From Lepidodermella squamata (Eukaryota; Animalia; Gastrotricha): a DNA stretch of 64,000 nt. Under the pieces are notes generated by a model. That model worked only from the letters and a program-made list of their open reading frames with translations, was not told the DNA's origin and ran no database searches. Below, one piece after another: positions 11,184-22,768 of this stretch; position 1 is the first letter of the stretch; each line of letters begins with the position of its first letter. Location: positions 248,001-312,000 of the forward strand of contig JBLDXI010000040.1 in the NCBI GenBank assembly GCA_047495785.1, given 5' to 3'. Both the position numbers and the translations under genes were made by a program.

Positions 11184-13290
11184 CAGGGGTTTATCCAGCT
11201 TTTTGTCTGAGGGGATGGGTTACAAAATTGAGGGGTTTTGGAGGTTGAAAATATGGCGCTCGCTCGCTACGCTCGCTCGCGGATAATCACTTTTTGCCCC
11301 TATATTTCTGTTATATTACATTATTTTATGAGAGAAATTACGCGCTATTTCACTTTTCTTCGTGTTGCGCGGCTTTTTATTCGAGTGTGCGGTGTGCGCG
11401 CTCAAATTTGTCGCTCAAAATGCGGCACGCAATACCGGTTACGCAACCAGCATTAGTGCGCGCGCTCATTATCGTAGTCACACGCTAAATTCGAATATGC
11501 AAATTAACATAACCGTGCTGTTTAAACTGTTTCGAGAAGGTCGACAAAAGAAAATAACTAAATTCATAGACTGCGGTGAGTTCTATTAAGGCTGCCGTTG
11601 AATATTAAATTTTCTGAGGTTAGTATCAACACCACTTCAGCTGCTGTCTATTAGTTTGCGCGGGAGCATATCCCTATTGGGTGCTTCTTTGATTTTGTTT
11701 ATCTCTGAAATAAATCGATTATTTGTCGGTTTATTTTTTACGCGATATTTTGGCATCGATCGTTATCAATTGCGTCATCAGCGACCACGTGGCAATCAAG
11801 CGACTGGTACTACGAGCTGTTTTATGAATGGAGTCGCCAAATTGTTCTACGCCTGGTTCAAAGTTATTCTACTCGATCTACGATCAAGAATCGCGGGATG
11901 CCATCATGGAATGCATTGGTTTTCAAGGCGCCAGGCGGGTGGTTAAAATCATCAACTCGATCTACTCGCATGTCAAAGATCATCCTGGAGAAGTCGACCT
12001 ACTGATAAGAATGTTGCAAGAAATGAATCTGTGTGGCAACGAGCTGATTCTGAACGCCCCTGTCTATGAAAGCGAGAAGCCACCAACTGGCGATATGGGT
12101 ACGCAGACCCAGCGGCAAATGGAGAACAAGGCAACCGAGACCGCGCCGGAAATTCAAACGACTCAGAAACCGACTAAGAAGTTTACACCGATCAAGCGAT
12201 CAAATGATTCGACCGTCATCGTGAATTTAAGACCCGAATGCGACAAGAAAATCCTTTGGTCAAGGATTGTCTCGGCCGTACCGGCAGCGAACATCAAGAG
12301 CTGCAGGCAAACATCTACAGGCATGCAGATTCGTCTCAATTCGAGCGAAGAAGCAGAAAAATTCAAGGCAATTGGGAATTTGGACGGGGTTCAATCCCTC
12401 GATACGATTAAGCGGAAGCACCGAATTGTTTTAAGAAATTTCGATAGCGACGCTGTTTCCGAGAATCAGTTAAAAACGGCATTCGGCGACAAGCTGATCA
12501 AGGTTATTGAATTACGAGGTAAGCAGTTGTTACTGGAACTGAGTGACTACGACTTGGCTGAGCGGTGTTTGAAGGACGGTTTCGCTATGAAGCCGTTCTT
12601 GTTACGATTCCGACCCTTCGTGATCAAAGCCCCTGATGTGGTTCAATGTTACCGCTGCCAGAATTTCGGCCACCTGGCGCGGGACTGCGTCGAAGAAGAA
12701 CGCTGTTTGCGATGCGGCCGTCAGCATAATGTGAAGGTTTGTCTGCGAGCGCCTCGTTGCTGCAACTGCGGCGGCGGGCACATGGCTAATGCTAAGGAAT
12801 GTCCGTCGCGTCGGCCTTCGGCTGGGTGATAGGATGCTGGCAGCAGTTGGGCCCCGGGTGGCGGCGCGTTTCGACGGCGGCCCGGGGCAGCAGGTAGCTG
12901 AGCTGGAGTGGTGGGCCTTTTAGGCTGAAGTAACCCCAATGGGGTTGTTGCGGAGTTAATGGTTAAACTGAACGTTCAATGTAAATCATAAACATTTCAT
13001 GTGGTTATAAGTGTGAGCAGCTTTTCATTTATTGCATGAAAGCTGTGTGTTGAAAATTGTAAAAATCTGTTAGATGTAATAGGACTACTATCAACTCGGT
13101 ACATCATACTTAGCCTGAGGGCTGATGGTGTTATTTTCTAACTAGATCTAATAAAGCAAGAGTTCCTCCGCCCCTACGGGATCAGTCATGAATCGCAAAA
13201 TACTATTACTGTCACTAAAAATTAGGGGATGACCGCTCGATTTGAGGGGATGTCCAGGGGATGGGTAGGGGATGGCTGGATAAATCTCTG
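11184..13290. mobile_element. Non-autonomous hAT-like element containing a gag-like ORF
   Basis: TIR CAGGGGTTTATCCAGC / GCTGGATAAATCTCTG (2 mismatches). 8-bp flanking duplication ATTATAAT at 11176-11183 and 13291-13298. GGGGATG subterminal repeats at both ends. Confidence 0.75.
11828..12829 (+). CDS. Gag-like LINE ORF1 protein with three CCHC zinc knuckles; no ORF2 downstream
   Basis: Intact 333-aa ORF ending QCYRCQNFGHLARDC-x4-CLRCGRQHNVKVC-x5-CCNCGGGHMANAKECP, typical of I/Jockey ORF1. Confidence 0.88.
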   Translation: MESPNCSTPGSKLFYSIYDQESRDAIMECIGFQGARRVVKIINSIYSHVKDHPGEVDLLIRMLQEMNLCGNELILNAPVYESEKPPTGDMGTQTQRQMENKATETAPEIQTTQKPTKKFTPIKRSNDSTVIVNLRPECDKKILWSRIVSAVPAANIKSCRQTSTGMQIRLNSSEEAEKFKAIGNLDGVQSLDTIKRKHRIVLRNFDSDAVSENQLKTAFGDKLIKVIELRGKQLLLELSDYDLAERCLKDGFAMKPFLLRFRPFVIKAPDVVQCYRCQNFGHLARDCVEEERCLRCGRQHNVKVCLRAPRCCNCGGGHMANAKECPSRRPSAG

Positions 13291-13356
13291 ATTATAATAT
13301 TATAATATATATATCAATCACTTCTATGCATATCATTAGAATGAGACTAGCTTTAT

Positions 13357-13764
13357 TTATATATCAGATTCACAGATCATAACATAATTCAGCATTGCCA
13401 TGTCATCCATGTTCAGCTTAATGGATTTGAGATCTTTGCCACTTTCTGTAATCTCATCGTCCCTCAGCTTTATTTCCTGCATTCTCTTGCGTTCTTCTCC
13501 AGCAAATGCGGTAGCCTCGCCAACCTCATCGGTCTCGCCTGAGCCTGAGTCCGAATTGCTTGGCTGGGTCGATGCGATATCAGGTTTACATATCGTAACA
13601 GCATTCAGCAATGCTATGATCTTCATGTTCCGCTGAATGACCTTGAGAACTTCGCCACTTTCTGTAATCATATCGTCCCTCAGCGTTAGGTCCTGCATTT
13701 TCTCGATTTGTGCTAACATTTGCTTTATCTCTCGCGGATCAGCCTGTTTTCCCTTGCTCGACAT
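13357..13764 (-). CDS. Small orphan protein with two internal repeats
   Basis: 135 aa from ATG at 13764. Repeats MQDLTLRDDMITESGEVLKVIQRNMKIIALLNAVTICKPDI and MQEIKLRDDEITESGKDLKSIKLNMDDMAMLNYVMICESDI. Confidence 0.55.
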   Translation of the reverse strand: MSSKGKQADPREIKQMLAQIEKMQDLTLRDDMITESGEVLKVIQRNMKIIALLNAVTICKPDIASTQPSNSDSGSGETDEVGEATAFAGEERKRMQEIKLRDDEITESGKDLKSIKLNMDDMAMLNYVMICESDI

Positions 13765-14099
13765 TATTTGTTCAGTTGGGCAAAGAGGTGGGTTCGCAAA
13801 TTTCAAGATTTAAAATCTAGAATTAAATGGAAATTATTGAATACTAGCAATGATGTTGGCAACTCTATAACATTTTGCAGGAAGTTTGATGGACAGCTAA
13901 CTCATACGTATATAGGTTCAAAGAGTTTACAATTTAAAAGCTATAATCTCAAATTTTATGTAGGCATTTTATACATCCAAAATGCGAATTAATTTCATCA
14001 GAGAACAATATTAAACAATATAAATTATTCAAATCAGGAATAAGAGTGCTAAGGGCAATTTTGGCCACTTACTTATCTTCGTTCACAAGTTTGTTAGTT

Positions 14100-15915
14100 A
14101 GTTGGAGCGTGCAATAACAACAATCAAATATACAACAAAGAGCAGTGTAGATGTTGTGATAGATTGAACGTATGGAATGAAATTCTAACGGCGACCGACG
14201 TCATTGAAAGTTACAGGCGAGACGAAGGGACTTCACTAGCAGCTTTTCACCGCGAATACGATACGCACAAGACCTACTGAAGAGAAAGCAAAGGATAGAG
14301 GAAGAGGGAGAGGCGGCAAGATCAGACATCGAAAGTGGGCAAACGACCCCGAGGAAGCCTGCTGGCGATCAAGGCCAGCGGGGATCGGGACACCGGGTTC
14401 GCGGAGAGGGAGGACGAACCGGACTGCATTCGCAGCATAACGGCGCTGGGTCTGTTCGAAAAAGACAGGCAGGCTCTTCACGCCACAGCGGCGTTCCAGC
14501 TCCGAGACACGGACCCGGTCATTGCGGCGGATGTTTAGCAGGCTGCGCAGACAGTCGTTCTGCGACACATCAAGCCGCCTCAGCTGCCTCTTAGGCGCGG
14601 TACAAAACACGACGTTGCCGTAGGTGGCGGCGGAGCGGACAAGGCTGAGGTAGGCGGTGCGACGACATCGGCGAGAGAGGCCAGGGGTGCAGGCAATACG
14701 GCGAAAGTGGGACAGGTTCCGGGTGCAGCGGTTGATGACCTGGTCGACGTGCGACTTCCAAGTCAGCTTGGCGTCAAGGTGCACGCCGAGTACACGAATC
14801 ACGGCAACTTGAGGGATCATCGAGCCGTCGAGGTGCAGACGGGTCTGGTACGAGCGCCAGGCAAGCGGCATTGCCTCGCTTTTCGACGCATTAAACTTCT
14901 GGAGCCACTCGCGGGCCCACTGCGAGATGCGATCGATCTCTGCCTGGGTGCAGCGTTCGGCCTCCTGGAAATTCGCACCCTCGCCGACGACGGTTAGATC
15001 GTCAGCATAGGCGTCTAGGGAACAGCCGGGGGCATTCGGCGCAGTTAGAAGGTCAGCAGTGTACACGATGTACAGCAGGGGCGACAGGGGCGACCCTTGC
15101 GGGACCCCGCAGTTCACAGTCCGCTGCTAACTGAGGAAGCCGGCGACGCGCGCTTGAAGCTTCCGGTCTCGCAGGAAATCGGTCAGCCAGGCGGCCAGGT
15201 TTCGAGGTAGAGGCAGTTCGGCGAGTTTGAAGGCAAGGCCGGCACTCCACACGGAATCGTACGCCGCCTGTACGTCAAGGCCGACGACGATGACCTTACA
15301 GTTACGCGACCGGCCGAGGTGGACGCGGTGCGCGATTCGCAGCGGTACGTCCGGAGCGGATCGGTGAGCACGGAACGCGTACTGGTTGTCACCCGTATCA
15401 ACAATTTTCAGTATTCCGTAAGATGAAATATGTTAATGAGCACTTTTCATTTTTCAGTGCGTGAAATCACAATGAAAAGTGCTCATTAACATATTTCATC
15501 TTACGGAATACTGAAAATTGTTGGTACGGGCAGGCAGCAGGCTGAGATCCTCCAGGAACCCACCCAACCAACGCGCGATGATCGATTCGAGTAGCTTGCC
15601 GTCAACTGGGAGCAGCGAGATCGGCCGCTGAGACGAGATGGCGCCATGCGGTTTACCGGCTTTAGGCACAGGGAAGACGGCAGCCTCCTTCCATTCCGGC
15701 AGAACGCAGCGGGAGCCGAGGCTGAGGTTAAACAGATGGCGAAGGTGGCGCTGAAGCGGCGGCCCGCCCGATTTGTAGAATATAGGACTGATGCCGTCCA
15801 GCCCAGGCGCCTACTGGGAAGTCGACAGCGACTGAGGTCACGAAATGGTCACTGGTATATCGATCGCCAACGTGAGCGCCGCCGCGCAGAAGGCGCATGG
15901 CAGCGTCGTTAAGCA
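14100..15915 (-). mobile_element. 5'-truncated, degenerate non-LTR retrotransposon (I/Jockey group): RT domain and 3' UTR
   Basis: Motifs RPISLL, VGLDVQAAYDSVW, GVPQGSPLSPLLY, AYADDL and LGVHLDAKLTW. Contains a stop and frameshifts, and is interrupted by the MITE at 15392-15530. Confidence 0.92.
15392..15530. mobile_element. 139-bp fold-back MITE with CCC...GGG ends and a 2-bp TSD (CMC/CACTA-like)
   Basis: 60-bp arms at 15392-15451 and 15471-15530 (1 mismatch) around a 19-bp loop, with CA on both flanks. Removing it plus one CA restores the RT frame LLPDNQYAFR. Confidence 0.9.
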
Positions 15916-16392
15916 CTTGAGACTAATACACTATGGACTCGACACGCGGACTCACTAATAACATGAATGTACTAGGCAGCGCCAGGCGAACGTGCGCACG
16001 CCCGCCGCCCTGTTACGCTGCCGGCTTCGCGCACTAGCAACCCGGCGCGCATGCACGCATCTTAGTCACAAAATTATACGTCAAAAGTACCATTTTGAGC
16101 GCGGGTCTCCTCCGCGAGGACAAGTGTAATTGACGTGTGATTGATATCATTCAATAGAGGAGGAAGTGTTCTAATGACTAGTTATAATTTCACAGCTATT
16201 CGAGACAAATAAATGAATGAAATCTTGATCGGAAATAGGCATGGTTACGCCGCAACCGCCGCGGCTAGGCTTTCATGTTAGCGCTACACGCTTTGTCAAA
16301 ACTAGCGAGTCGAAGACAGAGTTTAAATTTGCCTTAACATTCATTGTTGCCTACTTCTTGCTCGATTTGCTTACTGAATTTTGAACGTCGTT

Positions 16393-19243
16393 ATGCCTCC
16401 TAAAGGCAAACGGAAAGGTCAAGGCTTTACAAATAGGAAAGACCGACGCGCTACTGATAGAGAAGCTCGTCCTTATTATACGGCCAGGGTTTTAAAACGC
16501 CTTGCCCGCGAGGATGAGTCTGCCTCTGTCAACGGGCTGACACCTACACCAACACCTACGCCTCTTCCCGTCTCTCGCCCTGATTTACTTGAGCTGTGTG
16601 ACGCGGCTCTGAGTGACCGAGAAAACTTGTCGCTATCACTAATATCATCGACAGCTGAAACTCCAGGTTGCGGTTTCTTCGCGAGGCCGAAACGAAGCCG
16701 GTTAAAAAATTCAGGAAAATTTTGAAATATTGCGTTCTGATATTTTTAGATAAATTATCTCACTTAATCTCACTTCATAAATTTTAAATGATATTTCTGG
16801 GTTTCCAAAATTATTTTTCTAAATTTTTCAAAACTTGAAAATTGTTATAGCAATTTTGGTGAATTTTCCAAGTTCTATTTCGAATAATTTCTATTATGTT
16901 AACAGTTCCGCTCGGTGAAACCCTCAATTCCATCCCTCGATTTTGCTCGACCCCATTTCCCACGCCACCTCCAACATCGTTCGTCGATACTTTGGCTATT
17001 GTTGCCGATTTTGTTTCGCAAATGTCTTCTTTTGCCTATCCAGGTTAGTTTTTTCCCTTAAAAAATCAGCGCTACTTTTCTTGAATTTTCTTTAAATTTT
17101 TTAATTATTTAAATTTTTTATTATTTAAATTTTTTTTTAGTATCTCGCGTTGCGGAGCTTGAGGCAAAACTGACGCAATCCACCGTCGAAATTCAAGATT
17201 TAGAATTGAGGCTGGCTTCATCAACTGCCGAAATTGGTGCACTGAAGCAAGTCGTCTCAAATCTCGAGCCAGAAAATGCGGATTTTCGAGAAAAGTGCAA
17301 TGCCCTTGACAAAAACTTCGCAGAATTTCGTGTTCGCTACGAGTTGGAACGGCGTCGAACGATCAACAAAGTTAAAAATCTTCAAAAACGTGTGTCTAAG
17401 TACCGTTGCAAGGTGGCCAAAGCTGGCGAAGCACCGAAACCGGCCGTGATTCAACCACCTGAAAAGCCGAAACCTGTCCTTCACCCCAAGCTGACGATGA
17501 GTGGCAGCAATTTTTCGAAGAGCAACAACAGCTGCGCGGTAAAGATCCTAAGCACTACGGTTTAGTGACGAATTTGTTGCCTACGCGATGGCGCTTCAAT
17601 TACGAAGTCCCTCGGCTTACTACTATCTGTACGCTTCGAAAATGTTAATATTGCCGTCAGAGCGTTATCTACAGCGTCTTATACCCGTTGAGTATTGGGG
17701 CGGGCAGTCCGATGTTGCTTACAAGCTGCTTAAGGAAGAAGCTGAGATGAACGGCGACTTCAATAGCAAGAAAGGCCTCGTCATTTTGTCGTGCGATGAA
17801 GTCAGCGTTTCAAAGGCCTTGAAATCCACCCCAACCCGGGATGACCGAACTGTCGGAATGGCATTAGACGATCCGAATCAACGGGCTGAAAATATGCTCA
17901 GCTTTATGGCGACTTATCTTCAAACTGGCTTGCAAGTCAACATCGCCAATTACCCAGTCGCCAAAAAATGCGGCGCTGCATTTATGCACCAAGCTCGCGA
18001 AGATCGTCTTTACGACATCGGCTCGCGCGTCATTTGCACGGTCATGGATGGCGGTGGAACCAACTGGTCGTGGATCAACAGCGTGGGTGGCAAGTCGTTC
18101 AAGCATCCTTGCAACCCCGAGTGGGACATCTACATTTTAATCGATGTTCCCCATCTATTGAAATGTGCTCGAAATGACGTTCTCCACAAGCGGTTTATTA
18201 TGACAAACGGCGGCTGTGTCAGCTGGGATCTCATTCGAGCGCTATTCGATTGGGATAAAAAGCAGCAGTGGCGAATGATTCCTCGAGTCACTCGCCACCA
18301 CGTTCACACCATCTTTCTCAACGCTGCTTCGCCTCAAAAAATGCGAGTCGCCTACGCTGCACAAGTTTGCTCAAGATCGATGGCTCTAGCTATCATGGCC
18401 ATGTTCGGCCAAAGCGAGCGTAAATTCGACGCTGAAGCCACAGCCGAATTTTTCCATCTCTTTAATGACTGGTTCGATTGTTTGAACGGTTCTACCTACG
18501 AACGGGCGAAGGAGAACAGAAATCCAGCCCTTGAGCCCTACACATCTTGTGACGACCCTCGTCTCGCTTGGCTGGAGACTGAGTTTGTTAATCGACTAAC
18601 AGCATTGCAAATTGCAAGCCAGAAATCGCGAAAACAAACGTTTGATAACTCTGAAGGACGGCAGCCAGCGAAATTATAGCACGGCATTCAACGAGGCAAC
18701 CTTCAAGGGTTTCATTGTAACGTCGACAAATTTTCCAAAAGCAGCTCGATTATGTCTTCAATTGAACGTTCAGTTTGTGATGGCTAATCGATTTAACCAG
18801 GACGGTCTCGAACAGCTCTTTAGCCAATTTCGTCAATGCGGAGGCGGCAAAACTAACCCTTCAGTTTTTGACATTTTGGTCCGGTATTCGGCCCGGTATT
18901 CGGCATTCCTGGTGGCTCAAATGTGGGAGTGAAAAAACACATCGGCGGCATTCGGTTTAACACCACCATGCGTAAGCTGAAGAAGGAAGCGGTTGCAAAA
19001 ATCAAAGCTGCTAATTTGCTCAAAGTTGGCCTTCCAGCCGACCTTGGTCGTAATCCGCTGTCCTTGTCGTACATGGCCGGTTTCATCACACGCCGCCTTG
19101 GACTAAGCACAGACTCAGCTAACATCGAGTGGGACGAGTGGGTCGCCCAGTGCAGCCGCGGCGGTCTCGTTCATCCGCATTTCCACGTCAAGAGTATTTT
19201 GACCGCAATTTGCCACCTCAACGAAGGCGTTCTCCAGCCGTAG
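16393..19243 (+). pseudogene. P-element/THAP9-like DDE transposase, spliced N-terminus, frameshifted
   Basis: Motifs SPSAYYYL, ILSCDEV, TVMDGGGTN, IDVPHLLKCARN, QKMRVAYAAQV, NDWFDCLNG, NQDGLEQLFSQFR, YMAG and SRGGL. Exons 16393-16666, 16906-17043 and from 17141 splice in frame. Frameshifts near 17500, 18620 and 18920. Confidence 0.9.
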
Positions 19244-19890
19244 AAGACGCTGGCCGTAGGCAACCTCCTTTTCCTCGAACTTCTTCAGGCGGGCGTCCAT
19301 CATTTCGAACAAACGAGCGCCGTCGAGCGTCTGGAACTGGTTACGGATAGCAGGGTTAACAGGCGGGAGTTGCGGTGGGGGCGGCGACGCGGAGCCGAGA
19401 AGATCGCGAGTGGCAACCCGGAAGACGCGGCCCGGAGGGGGCTGAGGCGGCGCGGTCGGTGGCATGATCTTCTTCTGTCGAGCGACACGAGCACGTCTCG
19501 CCTCGGCGCGGGCAGCACGGGACTCGGCCTCCTGCACTTTAGCGGCCTTGAACTGAGGACAGCCGCGCCAGAGACTGGAGTGGCGAGGCGAGCCGCCGTC
19601 CGGACAGTTGACGCAGGCGAGGGATTCGCGCGGCGCTTCGCACTGGGCGGTTTTGTGGTTCGGCGAGGCGCAGCGCCCACACAGGAGGTCTTTCTCTGTC
19701 GCAGCAGTCAACTTCGACGTGCCCAAACCGGGCGCAGCGCATACACTTAGGCGGAAGGCCGTCCTTGAGAGGGCGGCACTTGATACGGCGATTCAGGAGC
19801 TCGAGGCCGAGGGTGAGAGCCTCGTCGCGCAACGCCTGTCTTGAGGACGACGACGCGGAGCGGGTCATCGCCGGGGGAGTGAACTGGCAT
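19240..19890 (-). mobile_element. Frameshifted LINE ORF1 (gag) fragment abutting the transposase 3' end
   Basis: Knuckles CMRCARFGHVEVDC, CGRCASPNHKTAQC and CVNCPDGGSPRHSSLWRGCP, split over two frames. Confidence 0.8.
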
Positions 19891-20447
19891 CTGGCATGTC
19901 ACGAATTTCGACGACGTTCGTCAGGTGCTTCAGAAGCTGGTCGGTGGTATAGAACCCAGGCAGCCGGGCAGTGATCACCGAACGACTGTCCTTGTCAGCT
20001 TGCTTGGCCTTAGGGTCTGGCACTGTCATGAATTAAGACGAATCAAGTCAACCAACAGAACACTTCAAAGTCAATTAATTTACTGATGATGATTGTTATT
20101 ATTCTAAAGATGATTTGTACGCATGCTTGTGATAAGTGAAGACAATAAAAGATTATGTTTAAAATAACGTCTGTTTTGGTGTTTTGGCAACGAATCAAAG
20201 ATATAATGGGACAGCGGGAAGGCAGGTGAGAGCTGATGATTAACCCTTAGATCCTAGGTTGCTGGAGCTACTAATAGGAATGCTGGTTCGGCTGCAAAAA
20301 TTTAGTAACGCGTCAACCCAACTCGGCTAAATGTAACGCGTTACGGATTAAAAAAATACATAACGCGTTAAAGACAGGAAAATGAAGCCTCATTAGCATA
20401 TGCACAGCTAATATTTTGTTTAGCTCAAGTTGAATAAACAAGATGGC

Positions 20448-20557
20448 CACAAGATCCCCTCAAAATCTTGTGGAAATCTTCACAAGACTTCCCCACCGAA
20501 TCGTGCGAAGATCTTGTGAGCTCGACAAGAAACCCACAAGATCTTCCCCCCGTAGGG
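20448..20557. repeat. Array of CACAAGA/TCTTGTG motifs ending in CCCGTAGGG; probable DNA-transposon end
   Basis: The motif occurs five times in both orientations before a GGG terminus. Confidence 0.5.
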
Positions 20558-21096
20558 TGGTCTCCAGTGCCAAAATTAATTTCAAGGAAATTCTTCACAG
20601 AAATAATTAAATAATTTTAATTTTATTTTTTAATTAATTTTATAACTAATTTGACAAATTTAAATATTTTGCCGCTCGAAAACGGCTGGGTTCGTACCCA
20701 AACCCCAGCCGTGCTAACCCGAACCCTCCCCGCCGAACCCCACACGTGCACGGTCTGGATAAGTTCACCAAAGAAGCCAATAAGACTTCCGGAACATCAA
20801 CCAATGTCATTTTCAAGGTCGATTTGGTAATGAAAGTGAAAGAAATTTTGGAAAAAGATGGAAAAATGACGCCGCTGTGCATTTTTTGTTAATTGTGCTG
20901 ATCTGCTGTTACATCTTTTAAATCTCATGTGAACTAAATTGTTTGAAATCAAGACGTACGGAGTGAGATTAAAAAATGCCGCAATGCAAGAGAACATCCT
21001 CTCGGCTGATCAGGCAATACCAGTTCAACAATAGCGTTAAACCTTAATAAACGTCAGGAGATTTGGCGTTTTGTAGTTAACCGTATGTATTCAGGA

Positions 21097-22257
21097 CGAA
21101 AGCAAGCCTGGCTTCATCGAGGCAATCAACGGCCTGAGACGAACCCCGTTACATCAAGCTGCGTTGGGTGGCCATTTGACAGTGGTGAAGTATATTGTTA
21201 AGAAGCACATTTTCAAATCCCACCACGAAACGTACCAGGGTAAAAATTAACAAAATCCGCCTATTACCCCGTTTTTCTCCACTCAAGTTTGATAAAATAT
21301 ATATCAACATAATTGTTAGAAAAACTTGGCATATTTTATATATTAACCACTGATAGTATTATCAGTCTTATCAGCTCTATATAAAACCCTAGTGTGTAAT
21401 ACAAAAAATCCAATTTCTTTTATAACAAATTTATTCATGTACGATCACAGCCACCTAAAACTCAAACAATTTGAAAATTTCTAAAATATGTTCATATTTC
21501 CATTCAAATTCCCCGTACTCGATTTAGTATTGAAATGATCTTTCAGACAGTTGATCTTCAAACTGCGAGTCGCAAGAGACCGTCATCAGTCAACTTGAGT
21601 TAGGATTCTTAGGGTGTCGTCTTGACCTACAACCTACAACCACATTTCGTCGAATAACCTTGGTCGTTCTCTCTTAAAGATCTCTTCAATACTAAATCGA
21701 GTACGGGGAATTTGAATATCAATATTGGAAGCTTCCAGGAGGTACGGTTAGAGATCCAGATAGATTACTATGATAAATCAAGATCTCCCCACACAAGGAG
21801 GGGCAAAAAGTCGATTTCCCTGACCTCTTGATTCTTCAACCGTTTCCAGGTAATTCGACCATGCTGAGTTCAACCCACTTCACATAATTGCTTAATTCGA
21901 CATAGTTTTTGAGATGGGGAGCGCATGGGGAAGGTCAGGCGACGCGGCGAGGGAACTTGACGAAATTTCAAAATTCCGCCCGTATATGCGTTGCCATGGA
22001 AAATATTTTTTAAAATTAAAAATAATTTTTATTACATTAATTTAATTCGTAAATATTAAAATTATTAAACTTACGTGAAGAAAAAATGGAGAAGCGGATT
22101 TTTGTTGTATTGGTGGCCTGAGTTGGTGGAGGTTGAAAATCGAGATGAAAAAACGGCTTATTTGTTAGCTCGAGAGGAGAGGCGGACTGCTATACTCGAC
22201 TTATCGGAGAATCGAGGCGCGAAGAAGATGTCGAGGCGTACAAGCATCATCGCTTGA
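21097..22257 (+). pseudogene. Broken duplicate of the last exon of the 1134-3355 ankyrin gene
   Basis: 21097-21205 matches 2995-3103 and 22116-22380 matches 3214-3479, including the stop and 3' UTR. About 110 bp are replaced by a roughly 910-bp insert. Confidence 0.9.
21206..22115. mobile_element. MITE-like insertion with an internal perfect 32-bp inverted repeat
   Basis: TTCAAATTCCCCGTACTCGATTTAGTATTGAA at 21503-21534 and its reverse complement at 21685-21716. Imperfect AACAAAATCCGC / GCGGATTTTTGTT near the ends. Confidence 0.6.
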
Positions 22258-22768
22258 TGGCCTCAACTATTGTTGAGAACCGTAATACACTTGGTTAACA
22301 TATTGAGTGTCGTTGATATTTGTTGTCACTAAAATAAAGATATCGCAAATTTGGGTATTTTATTTTAAAAAAATAGCCAAAGTATCTCTTATGCTTGAAG
22401 CAATGAAATTGTGTTTGAAGGGTTCATAACCCTACTGGTCGGGGACAGCAGCAATTAGACTGAATATTGATACAAAAGACAAATCAGTTGTGCAGTGTTT
22501 ACTGGGTGATTTATTATTACTTTCCTCTGATTTTATAGCCACAAAGGCTCGAAGCAAGTAATTAATTAGTTGCGTAACAGAATATATGGCGAGATGAAAC
22601 GGACCAATTTTTTTCAAAATGTAGCATTAGCACCGGCTGTGATGATTTTTGGCGTATTTTTGATACTTGAGACTGAGATATATCATTTGAATTCGAATAT
22701 CACTGTTGTTTTGTTAGACATTGGCATTTCAGACGCAAGGCCTAGAAATAACATTCAAATTCTGAATT

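Noticed and set aside
13105-13200. Possible hammerhead ribozyme after the gag ORF
   Set aside because: The core reads CTGATGG rather than CTGANGA, and there is no matching GAAA with supporting stems.
13171-20557. CCCTACGGG ... CCCGTAGGG as ends of one large element
   Set aside because: Only 9 bp match, no TSD, and the left site lies inside another element.
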